Shown piece after piece: positions 26,812 through 38,272 of a stretch of 64,000 nucleotides of DNA. The stretch is taken from positions 27,890,377 through 27,954,376 of the forward strand of contig JAHRHZ010000022.1 of assembly GCA_024137785.1 (NCBI GenBank). Direction: 5' to 3'. Below the pieces are notes generated by a model, which was given only the letters and a program-made list of their open reading frames with translations, was not told the DNA's origin and made no database searches. Positions within the stretch are counted from its first letter, which is position 1; each line of letters opens with the position of its first letter. This DNA comes from Ginglymostoma cirratum. Lineage: Eukaryota. Made by a program: the position numbers and the translations under genes.

Positions 26812-27149
26812 AATAGAAAGACCTGTGGATGCTGGAAATCAGAAACAAAAATAGAAATTGCTGGAAAAGCTCAGCAGGTCTAGCAGCATTGTCCCATTAG
26901 TAGCTATTCATTCTCCAGGGCTAATCATTATCCACTCCTTTGTCTGTTCAACCGTTCTGTCTCCTTTTTGGGCTCTTTCTCCACCTATCATTTCTCCTTC
27001 CCTCTGCCCCCACCCTGTCGTCTTCATAAAAACCAACAGTTTCCTAGCTGCCATCGGTTGTGGGGAAGGGTCTCTGGACCCCGAATGTTATGTCTGATTT
27101 CTCTCCACAGATGCACTGGACTTTTCCAGCAATTTTCGTTTTTGTTCCT
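26812..27149. mobile_element. Penelope-like fragment with inverted terminal arms
   Basis: aacaaaaatagaaattgctggaaaag (~26844-26869) is the inverse of cttttccagcaattttcgtttttgtt (27121-27146). Decayed hammerhead at ~27057-27090. Confidence 0.75.
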
Positions 27150-29684
27150 TAACCTTTGTCATACTCAATAACTAAATTTGTTAAACTTTTAGACTCTCAA
27201 GGAATATAGGAAAAAGGAAATGCTGAATCTCTTTCTGATGGACTACATAATGATCAAAGATTTGGCACTGCTAGTCATGTGTTATCGTTATGGAGATTGG
27301 TGTTGTTCTATTTAATCTGAGCAATAGAGGGGAACTGTAGTACTGTCTCAAATCCAGCTTGAATTCAGATACTGTTGCTTTACGCTCCTATATATAATCG
27401 TACAGTCATTAGCCTTTTTAACAGGACACAAAATGTTCTTAGACTGTTATGCATTGTCGTAATGTTGAGTTATGTCAGCACTGATTCATGATATCACTCA
27501 AATGTTAATTGTAGCAGTGCAGTCCATACAATAGAGAACTGGGGACAGATATAAATATAATAGATCAATCTTGCCAACTTTGATGATTTCAGCTTTCATA
27601 TTATTATGTGGCAGTTTGGTTAGTCTTATCTCTGGCCAATTTCCTACCATTAGCGATTGACCCTTGGTCGTTGTGAGGGTGGTGAAAAAAGAGGAGACAC
27701 ATTACACAGACACTATTTACCCTTCACTTGCTCACCCACATGTCTGCCATTTGTGACAATTAATGGCACACTTTCATTAGTTATTTGATTGTAAGATACT
27801 GTATCAAAGTTTAAACCTATTTCTCTATTCCTGATGACGGCAATATGGTTTGATTTTTGAATGTATGCTACAGGTTGTAATTCAGGACTTCCTTAACCTT
27901 CACTTTCAGCTACCCTGTTTCTTGACCTATAAGAGTTAATCCTTACCTGGCGTGTGTAATGAATGAAAATGGTATAGAGTGTCTCTGCAACTGTGATTGC
28001 CTCATGCTATTCTAAATTTTGCACTTCATGGAAAAGAAAACAGTGGGTGACGTTGATATGGTATAACATTAGCAATTGCTTGATATTGTTTTTTTGCCCA
28101 GGAGTGACAAATGTATTTGTGGCCAAAAGAGATTATGAAGCAGAACATGTCCATCATGTGTCGCTAAGATAGGTCACAAAAGAAACTGAGAAATCTGGTT
28201 CTATGAAAGCGTCTGATTAGCACATTGAAATGACCAATAAGGCCTGACTGAACAACACAGCTTTTCAATCTGGTATGTATTTGACTTCAAATGAGGGGAC
28301 ATTTGGCCAAAATATTCTTAGCTGAGCATAATGAAATGCATTTCAGACTGCATGCAGCAACTGCACTTCACTTAAGCTTGTCAGATTCTTCTTGTGAGCA
28401 GGGTTTTGTTAATCCCGTAGGCCATACTTGTAGACAGTCTAGTGCAAACTCCTGTCGTTATATGCCCCTAAAAAGAGAGGTCAGGATCGATAATAAGGGA
28501 TGTGGTTTGCAGTGCTTGATAATGGTTATGAACGCTTGTGTTAAGCATGTCTGGAGTTGGAACAATTGCCCCTTTGTGGCTACAGAACCAACTGCTGGCC
28601 TCCAGTAGAAAAGGCTGTTATTAAAAGGCACTATTAAACTGTCTCCCAAACGCGGTGTGGGAGTGAAGGGCCACATTCAAGTGCAAATGAGCGTAATATT
28701 GGTTGTTGAACGTTCATAGTTTTTCAGACAGTTAGTTTAAAAACTCTGTTCGTTCAGTTTTCGCATCATTGTACTCTGAAATATCAAAAATATGCTTTAA
28801 GAGACATTTGAGATTGTTTGTTCAATCGTTTGTTTTTAAAGCCAAATAGTATAAAGGCGAAATGTGTATTTAGACTCCGCTTTAGATTAAAATCTTGGGA
28901 AGTTTTTTTTTGCTGCCCTTGAACAGTTCAATAAATTCCTTCCCTGCATGCTTTTCTAAGTCATGTGCTTAGTATGAGACCACATTTCTTTTATTTGTAT
29001 AATTTGAGCGACTTTCATAAAATATCAGACTTGATCTTGCAGACCAGTTCCAGTGCAGGCATCTTGCCTGACATCCAAATCCCAAAGGTAATTCTGCCAA
29101 AATTCCCTGAAGCTTTGCTGAGACCCAGCAGATTTTACCTTCGGGTTGCCACTAGATTCATGAGACTTATGTTGGGAACTTGGCAGTGATAGCATGGAGG
29201 CCTCCTGGAATAAAAGCATTCTGATGATAATCTGTTGCAACAGTATTTGTTTTACACTGCAGATTTTTTTTTATTTGGTACTATTGGAAAGATTGCCTAC
29301 ATGCAATTAACTTTATGGACAAAATTCAGTTTGATTCATTTGACAATGAAATGATCCATACCAGTAAGGAAGAGTGTATATCATTAGACTGCACTGGAAA
29401 TCAGATATGCTAATCTAGGATTAAACTGACAGACTGGGTCTAGTTGCTGGCAGGAAGTTTATTGAAGATGTATTTCTGAGAGGTTTTTCTTTGCTTTAAT
29501 TTGCAGTGTTATAAAACATCATTTTTTTGTTTCTGGCAACTTCAAGCATAAATCACAGCAAGTATTCAGGAAATCTTGCCCGTTTTTAGCAACTGGTCAA
29601 GTTCCTGTTCTCCATATTATGGAATTGTTATAAATAACAAAAGATTTGAAATGGTTAGAATGAAACAGTAATCAGTTTTTAACT

Positions 29685-29960
29685 AGAGATAGTAGGAACT
29701 CCAGATGCTGGAGAATCTCAGATTAAAAAGGTGTAGAGCTGGATGAACGCAGTAGGCCAAGCAGCATCAGAGGAGCAGAAAAGCTGATGTTTCGGGCCTA
29801 GACTCTGTTTCAGAAAATGTTCGAGCAGTTTCAGGGCTGAAGAGGTTACAAGAGTTGCAGTGGGAGAGAGATCCACTGAGGTCTTTCCGGAGGAAGAAGG
29901 GTAACTTCAAGGTAGGCGTCCTTAGAAGACGCTTCACAGTGGGGTTAAAATTGAGTTTTA
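29685..29960 (-). mobile_element. Penelope-like terminal unit plus an extra segment, 16-bp target duplication
   Basis: Terminal unit 29685-29817 matches 37161-37287 in reverse. Flanks taatcagtttttaact (29669-29684) and taatctgtttttaact (29961-29976). Confidence 0.8.
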
Positions 29961-30463
29961 TAATCTGTTTTTAACTGTTCAGATATATTTACGCTTGAGA
30001 ATAAACTTGCAACGAAACAAAATTTGTCTATATATGCCACTGAGCACTTTTTTTATGGTGAATCTATCTTCAGTGGCCCTGAAGCTGGAGATGGAATGTG
30101 GCAGGACAGAGTGAAGCTGTGAACTTGACTGAGCAAACTTTTAGGGTTAAACTCCTTTAGAAAAATCTAGACTTGTGTTTAACATTTCATGAAAATTTAG
30201 TGTTCATGTTTCTTTTAGGATTGAGCATGGATGAGCAAGCTCTCTACTGGAAAGCAACTGAAATGAGTTAAATAGGTAGCTTGATTAAACAAGTTACTTT
30301 AGCTCTGGCAGCAGCTCAACTGCGCCTCGGTAATATAAACACAAGCAGCTGAATGTGCCTTACATTGAGTCTGGTTGGATAGAGTGAAGCAGAGTATACA
30401 GATGTTCAGCGAAGGGGTGCAGGTGGTGCTGTTTTGAATTACTACCATCAGCTTCCAGTATTA

Positions 30464-30570
30464 GTGCTCTTGTGCATTGGTAATACTCCTTCCACTGAGC
30501 CTGGAGGCCCAGGTTTAAGTCCCACCTACTCCAGAGGTTTGTCATAACGTCTCTGAACAGGTGATCAGAA
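30464..30570 (+). mobile_element. ~110-bp tRNA-derived SINE
   Basis: Matches 24883-24990. Confidence 0.75.
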
Positions 30571-30623
30571 CATAGCCTACAGTATTTTATTCTTGCATTG
30601 GTACCCGATAAGATACTGGCGAG

Positions 30624-30654
30624 TAAGTTATTCTGCTTAAGTTATTCTGCTTAA
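30624..30654. repeat. Perfect 14-bp tandem duplication
   Basis: taagttattctgct twice, plus taa. Confidence 0.9.
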
Positions 30655-31119
30655 CTTCACTGCTTGTGAAGTTTAAGGAATGGCAAGACAGCTCAGTTGA
30701 GTGGATTGTGTTTTCGGTAGTATTTGGGAATTTGAGATTGCGCCCATGTGTCCTTACACACACACGTGCAGGAACAGTAACTGCAAAAGTTTGAGCTCTG
30801 GGTTTTGGATCTTGAACTGACTGGAATTACTGTATCGGTGTGGCAGAGATCTGTTCAGCTAGCATGCTTAGAAGGGTGGTTCTGCAGATTTGGAGCATAT
30901 AAAGTAGCGTGGGTATGGGTAACCACTCAGTAATCAGGAGTACCAGGCAGCTAGTTGATCTTGCTCATAACTGGGTTTTCATTTTGGATACTGATGAGGG
31001 CGATGGTTCCTCAGCAGTCCAGCTAGATCCAAGTTCATGGCACTACAGGTGGCTCAGTTGCACAGGAGAGGGATTTATTAGTTAAAGAATCAGATCTGTT
31101 TTTGTAGCTGAAGAAGTGA

Positions 31120-31365
31120 CTGACTGTGACAACTACCATTGTTGTAAAACCTCATCTGGCTCACTCGTGTCCTCGAGGGAAGTAAGCTCTCATACATACT
31201 TGGTCTGGATACATGTCATTTCAGATGCACAGCAATATGGTTGACTCTTCAGTGTCTTCTGAAATGGCCTTGCAAACCAGTCAGTTCAAGGGCAGTGGGG
31301 GAATGGGCAACAAAGGCTGCGCTTTTCAGCGATGTCCACATCCAGTGAAAGAATAGAGAAAAAAA
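31120..31365 (+). mobile_element. 5'-truncated family A bipartite SINE within CR1 remnants
   Basis: aaaacctcatctggctcact..gggaag..gaaatggcc..tcagttcaagggca..gatgtccacatccagtgaaagaat. Confidence 0.7.
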
Positions 31366-33122
31366 CTTGAGGGATATTCGTCATTCGGGATGGATTAGAA
31401 GGTTGCATCCTCCAATGGTGAGAGGATCATGTGTGGAATCTATTTGGGTGGATCTAAGAAACAGCTGAGGGTGACAAGTATTGATGGGATTTCTTTTATA
31501 GGCCATGAAAATATAGTAGTAATGTTGGGTCCAATATAAGTCAGGAAATTGGAGATGTATGTAACATTGGTAATACAGTAATAATCGGTGACTTCAGTTT
31601 ACATTGTGATGAAAAGTGTCATTTGAACATGACCTGACTGGCATTATAGATTGGTTCGGCAATGTGACAAGGTTAATCTGGCAATGCCTTCCAAGCATAA
31701 TCGTTGCTAGTGCTGAAGAAGAGGTAGCTCATGGTTCTAAATTAATGACTGTATAACTGCATTTGAGTGTGCATAATGCTTGTAATAGCAGCTTTAGCCT
31801 TTCCTTTAAAGTTTAACCCTCCCACCTCCACTGCTACCACTGTTGCTGTAAATACATACACCTTATCCCACCTAGTTGAGGATCAGAATAGTAAAACTGA
31901 AACACATGTCTGCTCTGATTGAATTGCCTGAAATGAAATGCATGATTCAGTGCAGAATCCAGTGGCTACAAGGTAATAAACGGGTCAACAATTTGTTAGT
32001 CTTTGTAGAGCTGCAGCAGCTCTATATTTATTAATTGTTATACCAGTAATAACAATAATTATATGGATCAGTGTGCCATCTTAAGATAATATTTAAATAT
32101 TTTTAATAAACTCCCACAATCTGGGCTGAAGTCGCTATCGCAATATAAGAATGAGGAAACTGAGCTCTATAGTTTATTTTACTATAGATCTAGGAGAGAA
32201 GGGAGTTTAGATTTGTATAAGATCTAAAGCTGGGTATTTTTCTTCATTAAATCACTGGACTTGGAGAGGATACCTGCAGTTGAACATAGAAGTATTTTCG
32301 GATTCTTGGTTTTTGTTGTTGCGGTATATTTTCAGTGACCTGTTTGAACTTACATAGCCAGTAAAGATGTGCTACAAGATAAAGTTTGGTGTTGTGCAAA
32401 TCTAGCAAGGCACGGATTTCCTTGATGCTTCCGTTCTCACCTCGATTTAATCAGGATATAGTTGAAATGTATTGGAACTACGGAGACCCAAAAATCAAAA
32501 ATATTTCTATGTTGTATTGTGGGGCAAAAAGTTGAATCGTGTTTGGAAATCGGCCACAGTTGTTAAATGACTATGCAGACTAGACGGACCGAATGACTTG
32601 TTCATACTATTTCCTGCATTTCTATATCCTGACCAGCATTCTACCCTCAATTAGTGAGACCAGTAATAGATTAACCAGTTCATTGGTAATACTGAACTTG
32701 AATATTGGTAGGAAAAAAATCACATTTTGTTGAAACTTTTCATCTTAACTTATTAGGGCAATTAGCAAGAAAATTAATTCAAATGGAAAACCAAAACTTA
32801 AAGGGCATGAGAGGAGAGTGCTGATTGCTTGGCAAGTGGACTCTGATTGGAAGAGGTACTCCAACAGAAAATGCACCTGTTAAGGATTATTAACTGTCCA
32901 GACTTTATTTAAATTTTAAACCAATTGTATTGACTCATTGTTCAGAGCATTGCCTTGAGAATGAACCAGTGAGTGGTTTTCCTGATTTTGTGGAATTGAA
33001 AGGGTACAGTGATCATTCGTGTTCTTTCTGTCTGCAAAGCCCTCACAGGGCGTTGAGTATGAATACATATAGTTTCCAGTACACACATGAGCACTACACT
33101 GCGATTCCAATTGACAACACTA

Positions 33123-33830
33123 AATGATTTTGTCACATGTATTTTACAGTGAGAGAAACAGTAAGACACATTGAAAAGCTTTTCCACTGTTGCCACAATC
33201 TGGTGCCATTTTGAATAGTTTTAAGAGTAAGGGAAAAATAAAAATACAGCTTAAAGAGAGTCCATCAGTCCTGAGCCAGCTCATCAATGATGGCTGCACC
33301 GTCATGTCCCGTCCATTGCCTCGCCATCATCTACACTGGACCCAACAAACGTTGAAGTTGCCAGTCTTCAGGGGCCATCTTTCACCACTAGGCCGATTCT
33401 CCTCTGCTGCTGTCTTGATGCCACCTGTGCGGGACCAAGCAGTGTCTAAAATCGCATCACTCACTGCTGGGCCCAACTCTTCAAAGCCTCTTTGATGCCC
33501 TTCTACTACTGCTTTGCTGCCACAAGTGCCAGACTCAAACAACAATGAAATCACTGATCTTAAGGGCCATCTTTCACTGCTGGGCCTACCTCACTAGCGT
33601 TGCCTCCACCCATGCAGCAGCAGCAGCTGTTTCCGATGCCAGGTCCCATGCTTGTCCTAGAAAAATAAGGAAGGGCTCACATGCTGTCACCACAAGGTCT
33701 GCAGTGGGGTTCCACATGGCAGTTGATGCTATCCGATCTCTGGACTAGAGGTAAGTAAAAATAAAAACAAAGAAAAGCAGTTGGTGCAGATGAGCCCCAG
33801 CTTAAGAGCTCTACGCCGCCGCCACCTTGA
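33123..33830 (-). mobile_element. Non-autonomous repeat with GC-rich middle and L2/Rex-like tail
   Basis: Reverse starts caaggtggcggcggcg and ends aaaatggcaccagattgtggcaac..cactgtaaaatacatgtgacaaaat; similar to 60690-61220 and 61370-61952. Confidence 0.6.
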
Positions 33831-34224
33831 TCAAATTTATTGTCATTGTAATTCTTCACACACTTAGGATTATCCAGAAAATGTTATCAAATGCAGAGTC
33901 ATATCTAATGTTGGGCATAGTGGATTTTGTGAGCACAGGCTGTTTGGGTACAGTCACTGCCTTCCTTGTTATAAGCAGTTAATGAGATAGCTGTTAGAAT
34001 GCACCAGTCTTTGGAACATACGGTCATGTTGCCACTGAAATTCATGTACCACATTACTTGATTTGCAATTGAAACTAATTTTTTCCACAATTGTGCAAAT
34101 CACATGCTTTATCAGTGGAGCAACCACACTTCCTATTCCTTTTATGCTGTCCTTCGAAATTCAAATACTCTGGACTTATTAAGGTTCCCTAATAAGGTCA
34201 CTATACAACCACGTCTTTGCGTAT

Positions 34225-35460
34225 TAAGACCATACATTGTATGAGCAGAAGCAGGCCTTTTAGCCTAGCACACCTGTTTTCCCATTCAGTGTAATCATAA
34301 CTGATCTGACAATCCTCAAGTCCACTATTCTTTTTTCTTATAACGCTCAATTCCATTACAGGTTAAGATATCCAAATAAAACCTTGAGTATAACAACCCA
34401 GTCTCTTAAACCCTCTGGGGTAAAGAATTCCACAAATTCACTACCCTTTGAGAGAAAAGAATTCCTCCTCATCTCTGTCTTAAAAGGTGGACCCCTTTTT
34501 TCTGAGATTATGCCCTCTGGCCCAAGATGGGAAGGAACATTTCTGCATCTACCCTGTCAAGTTATGAAGAATCTTTTAAATTTCAATAAGGCCACCTCTC
34601 ATTCTCCAAACGGAGTATAGGCTCAACCTACTGAAGTTCTCAAAACAGAACCCCTTCAAACCTAGCATTAGCCGAGTGAACATTTTTCTGGACTGCCATC
34701 GATGCCGATATATCTCTCTTTAGATAAGGAGCCCCAAATTGATCACTGTTCCAGCTGTTGCCTGATTCGTGTCTTGCATATTTTGAACAAGACTTCCCTA
34801 CTTTTATGCTACATTTCCTTTGAAATCGAGGCCAGCATGCCATTTTCCTTCCCTACTACCTGCTGAACGTGCATGCTAGCTTTTTGTGATTTATGCATTC
34901 CCAGATCCCCCTCTGTAGCTTTTTGCAGTCTTTCCCCATTTAAATAATCAGCTCCTCTATTCTGCCGAAGTGCATAACCATTTTAATTTTTTTCACAGTA
35001 TATTCTTCTGCCGAGTTTCACCTCCCACTTTTGTGTCATCCACAGACTTGACTATTGTATATTTATTTTCCTCAGCCAAGTCATGAATATATAGTATTAT
35101 AAATAATTGAGACTCCAGTTCTGGTTCTTGTGGCACTCTACAAGTTAAAAGGTGCCATTATTTCCTGTCCTCCTTAGCCCTTTGATTATTTTGTAAATTT
35201 TGAAATGCTGTTGTGTCTTCTACTGTGAAGACTGATGTAAAGTATTTATTCAACTCTCCTGTCATTTCTCCTTATATTATTTCTCCAGCCTGTTTATCTA
35301 AAATGTCGCTGTTTACTTTAGCCCTCTCTTCTTTTTTATCTATTGAAGTTCTTGCTGTCCTTATTACTTGCAAGTTTACTCTTGAAGGTTATCTTCTCCT
35401 TTTTGTTTTTATTTACTGTTTTTAAAACTCTTCCAGTTCCTTGGTTTTACCAGTAATCTA
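34225..35460 (-). mobile_element. Degraded CR1 LINE 3' half
   Basis: Reverse CR1 tail at 34225; ORF 34640 (-) QFGAPYLKRDISASMAVQK resembles the CR1 QFWAP.L.KD motif. Confidence 0.75.
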
Positions 35461-36983
35461 CTCATTTATTTATTTGTGTTAACAATTCATCCATCCTGTT
35501 ATGAACGCTGTGAGGATTCAGACAAAAGTTTAATCATGCATCTACATTTTTTTTGCCTGTTCTGACCTTATTGACTGGTGCACTTTTGAAGTTTCAACAC
35601 CTATACTGTTCAAGTGAAGACTGTGCCAACAACACTGCTTCCTGTTTCTTTAGAATTGGCGCAAAACCACATGGATCAAACCTAATTTCTTCCACACCAA
35701 CCCTTGAGCCATACATTCAATGCTCTAATCTGATGTATCCAATTTCAATTTGCTATGGCTCGGGTAGTAATCCAGTGATGATGGATTTTCGGGTTCTACT
35801 TATTAATTTTTTCCGTCCGTGTGCCTTTAACTCTCTCACTCTTGGACTACTCCTTTTTTGTGTTGAAGGTCAGAACAATATCTCCCTTACTGAACAGCAT
35901 TCACTCATCCATGAAATTTCCAAACTTACATTTTGTTGGCAGTTACTGTCTTTGTACTTGTTTGCTTTATGTGCTTTGCAGGCAACATGTATTTTAGCTG
36001 ACTGACATTTTACAGAGCTGAGTTAAGCACTACAGTCTGGAGAATCGTGTTTGGGCTAGCTATCTGATGAATTAATCGTAGCTGTCTGTCCAGCAGAGAA
36101 TTAATTTGTGCCTAAGACTGAAATAAACCTAACATTAATGGTAAATTGTAATTAAATACAAAGTGAAAACTCGCCTTGGTTTTAAAGATAAAGTTGGAAA
36201 GTGAGGAAACTTTTAAATTCTCATGCTACGGTCCTGTCATGTGCTGCTGTCATTGCTAAAAGTGCAGAGTGGCAAATATGCATTGGATACTCCCAGGCAC
36301 GCTGTGGAAATGTCAATCATGGGACAAGTTGGGGACATGTTGCCCTGTAAGTAGAATTGGGGAATAGTGAGCACTTATCAACAAGTGTAGGAGAAAAACA
36401 GCCTATGATTGGAGGAACAGTGAGCATTTAGGAAAGTAAAAGCTGACAGTGATTGTTACAGGAAGAGTTGTTTGCTGAAACTGAGTGAGGGTAGTAGAAT
36501 GGAGCAGTTTGCTGGGAGCTGAGTGTCTCCTTTTCATAAGTTCCAAAGGAAAGGTGCCCTTTGCTGTGGTTGTCTGCTGGAGTTGGGCTCATTTCCTGCT
36601 GTGTGTTGGGGGATGCGCTGCAAGTGAACCATAGGGAAGCTGCAAAGGAAAGAACACCATTCGAAAGCTGTCAATGAAGAAATAGTCAGTGAACTGGTCA
36701 CTTTCAATTCATTCCCTCAGTCATTTCTGGTGGACGAATGTGGCATTTCCAGTGAAGGCTGTACATACTCAAACCTCTGTACCACGAAAAGTGTAGCGGA
36801 TGTATATGTAATGGGGAAGCAATGGCCTAATGGTATTATCACTAGACTGTTAGAGACCCAGGTACTGTTCTGGGCACGTGGGTTGAAATCCTGGAATGGT
36901 GGAATTTGAATTCAATCACATAATCTGGAATTAAGAATTTTATGGTGACTATGAATCAGTTGTCAGTTGTCAGAAAACTCATC

Positions 36984-37287
36984 CTCCCTGGACTGACCTA
37001 TCTCCTCCCTACCCCCCTACCTACACTCACCTTTACTGGCTCCATCCCCGCCTCTTCGACTTGCCTGCCTCCTCTCCACCTATCCTCTCCTCTATCCATC
37101 CTCTATCCGCCTCCCCCTCTCTCCCTATTTATTTCAGAACCCTCTTCCCCTCCCCCATTTCTGATGAAGGGTTTAGGCCCGAAACGTCAAGTTTTCCTGC
37201 TCCTATGATGCTGCTTGACCTGCTGTGTTCATCCAGCCCCATGCTTGTTATCTCGGATTCTCCAGCATCTGCAGTACCTTTTATCTC
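36984..37287 (+). mobile_element. Penelope-like 3' fragment (pyrimidine-rich UTR and terminal repeat)
   Basis: C/T-rich tract, then ctgatgaagggtttaggcccgaaacgtc..gattctccagcatctgcagtaccttttatctc; flanked by ctcatc (36978-83, 37285-90). Confidence 0.85.
37157..37192 (+). ncRNA. Minimal type I hammerhead ribozyme motif (PLE-type)
   Basis: AUUU-CUGAUGA-A-GGGU(uuag)GCCC-GAAA-CGUC-AAGU: intact core boxes, stem II, stem I (AUUU/AAGU with one G-U), GUC triplet, palindromic ACGU in place of stem III. Activity not shown. Confidence 0.7.
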
Positions 37288-38011
37288 ATCTAGTTCTTTA
37301 ATCTGTTTTAGGGAAGGAAACTGCTTCGTTACCTGGTCAGGCCTAAATGTGATTCCATATCCACAGCAAATCTTACCTGCCCTTTGGGCAGTTAGGGATG
37401 GATAATAAATGCTGTTCTTGCCTGTGATGCCCACATCCTGTGAATTAATATAAAAAAGGACGTTGTCAATTTTTAAATTTAAATCTGAGATGCAGTGTAG
37501 AGAATAGCACATCCCTGATTAAAATGGTCCAGCTTTGTGTGTATGTGATGGAAATGCATCAACTGTGACTTAAACAGTCTACAAAAGCTATAGGATGATG
37601 GCTTTTTGGGTATTGTAGTAACTTTTTTTGGGGGTGGGCTGCAGTGTGGGATTAAAAACACTTTTCCATTAACATGTGTTTTTTGTTTTGTACCAATTTA
37701 GATTCTGTGTCTAGGAAATTAATGTTGAGTAATTTGAAAGCAGCCCCTGGAGCCCAACAGGGAGTTCTCAAGAAAATCTAGGAATAGTGCTTGAAAAATA
37801 ATTGATGTTGATCCATGGCTGATTACTCTGAAGAAAGAATGTGCCAATCTCACTGACACTTAAGAGCTCATTACAATTGTGGCTGAAGCTACACAATGCA
37901 CAGTTGGTTTTCTTCTTTTGAAATTAAAGTTAGAAATTCAGTGTATTTGTTTATAGAGGCATTTCAAAACTGGCTAGGTTCTACCTTACATAATTGTGTA
38001 TTTGTCTGTCA

Positions 38012-38272
38012 ACTCTGCCTGAGGCATGGTGACCCTTAGATTAAATTAACCACCAGTCGTGTCTGCATCAGAGAAACTGGAAAGTTGACGTTTCAGGTTG
38101 GCAGCCTTCTTCAGAAGGATCCCGCCCAAAACGCCAACTTTCCTGTTCCTCTGATGCTGCCTGGCCAGCTATGTTCCTCCAGCTCCATACTGTGTTGCCT
38201 CTGACTCCAGAATCTGCAGTTCTAGCTATCTCCCACCAGTCAAGTCTGTCTCCTTTAGGACTATGGTAACTT
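38012..38272 (+). mobile_element. tRNA-SINE 3' part split by a palindromic Penelope insertion
   Basis: cctgaggcatggtgacccttag..caccagtc [insert] ..ggactatggtaactt, matching 58370-58475. Confidence 0.65.
38066..38232. mobile_element. Head-to-head Penelope-like terminal units forming a hairpin, 16-bp target duplication
   Basis: 38065-38110 is an imperfect inverse of 38113-38157. Flanks ccaccagtcgtgtctg (38050-65) and ccaccagtcaagtctg (38233-48). Confidence 0.8.

Larger units (their letters stand above)
36814..37457 (+). mobile_element. Complete family A bipartite SINE split by a Penelope insertion
   Basis: tRNA-like head (gcaatggcctaatggtattatc..gggttgaaatcc) to 36983; resumes at 37288 and ends with the family A LINE tail gggatggataataaatgc..gatgcccacatcctgtgaattaatataaaaaa. 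Confidence 0.8.

Noticed and set aside
30219-30275. Candidate 57-nt exon (ttcttttag..aaatag|gtagct)
   Set aside because: Stop codons in all three frames, weak donor and no similarity to TNRC6; a non-coding or poison exon cannot be excluded without RNA-seq.
32800-32925. Paired tgattg (CCAAT-like) motifs suggesting a promoter
   Set aside because: No CpG island or linked exon; more likely a fragment of an unclassified repeat.
35553-36005. 150-aa plus-strand ORF
   Set aside because: Non-ATG start, no recognisable domain, and it appears to overlap antisense CR1 remnants.
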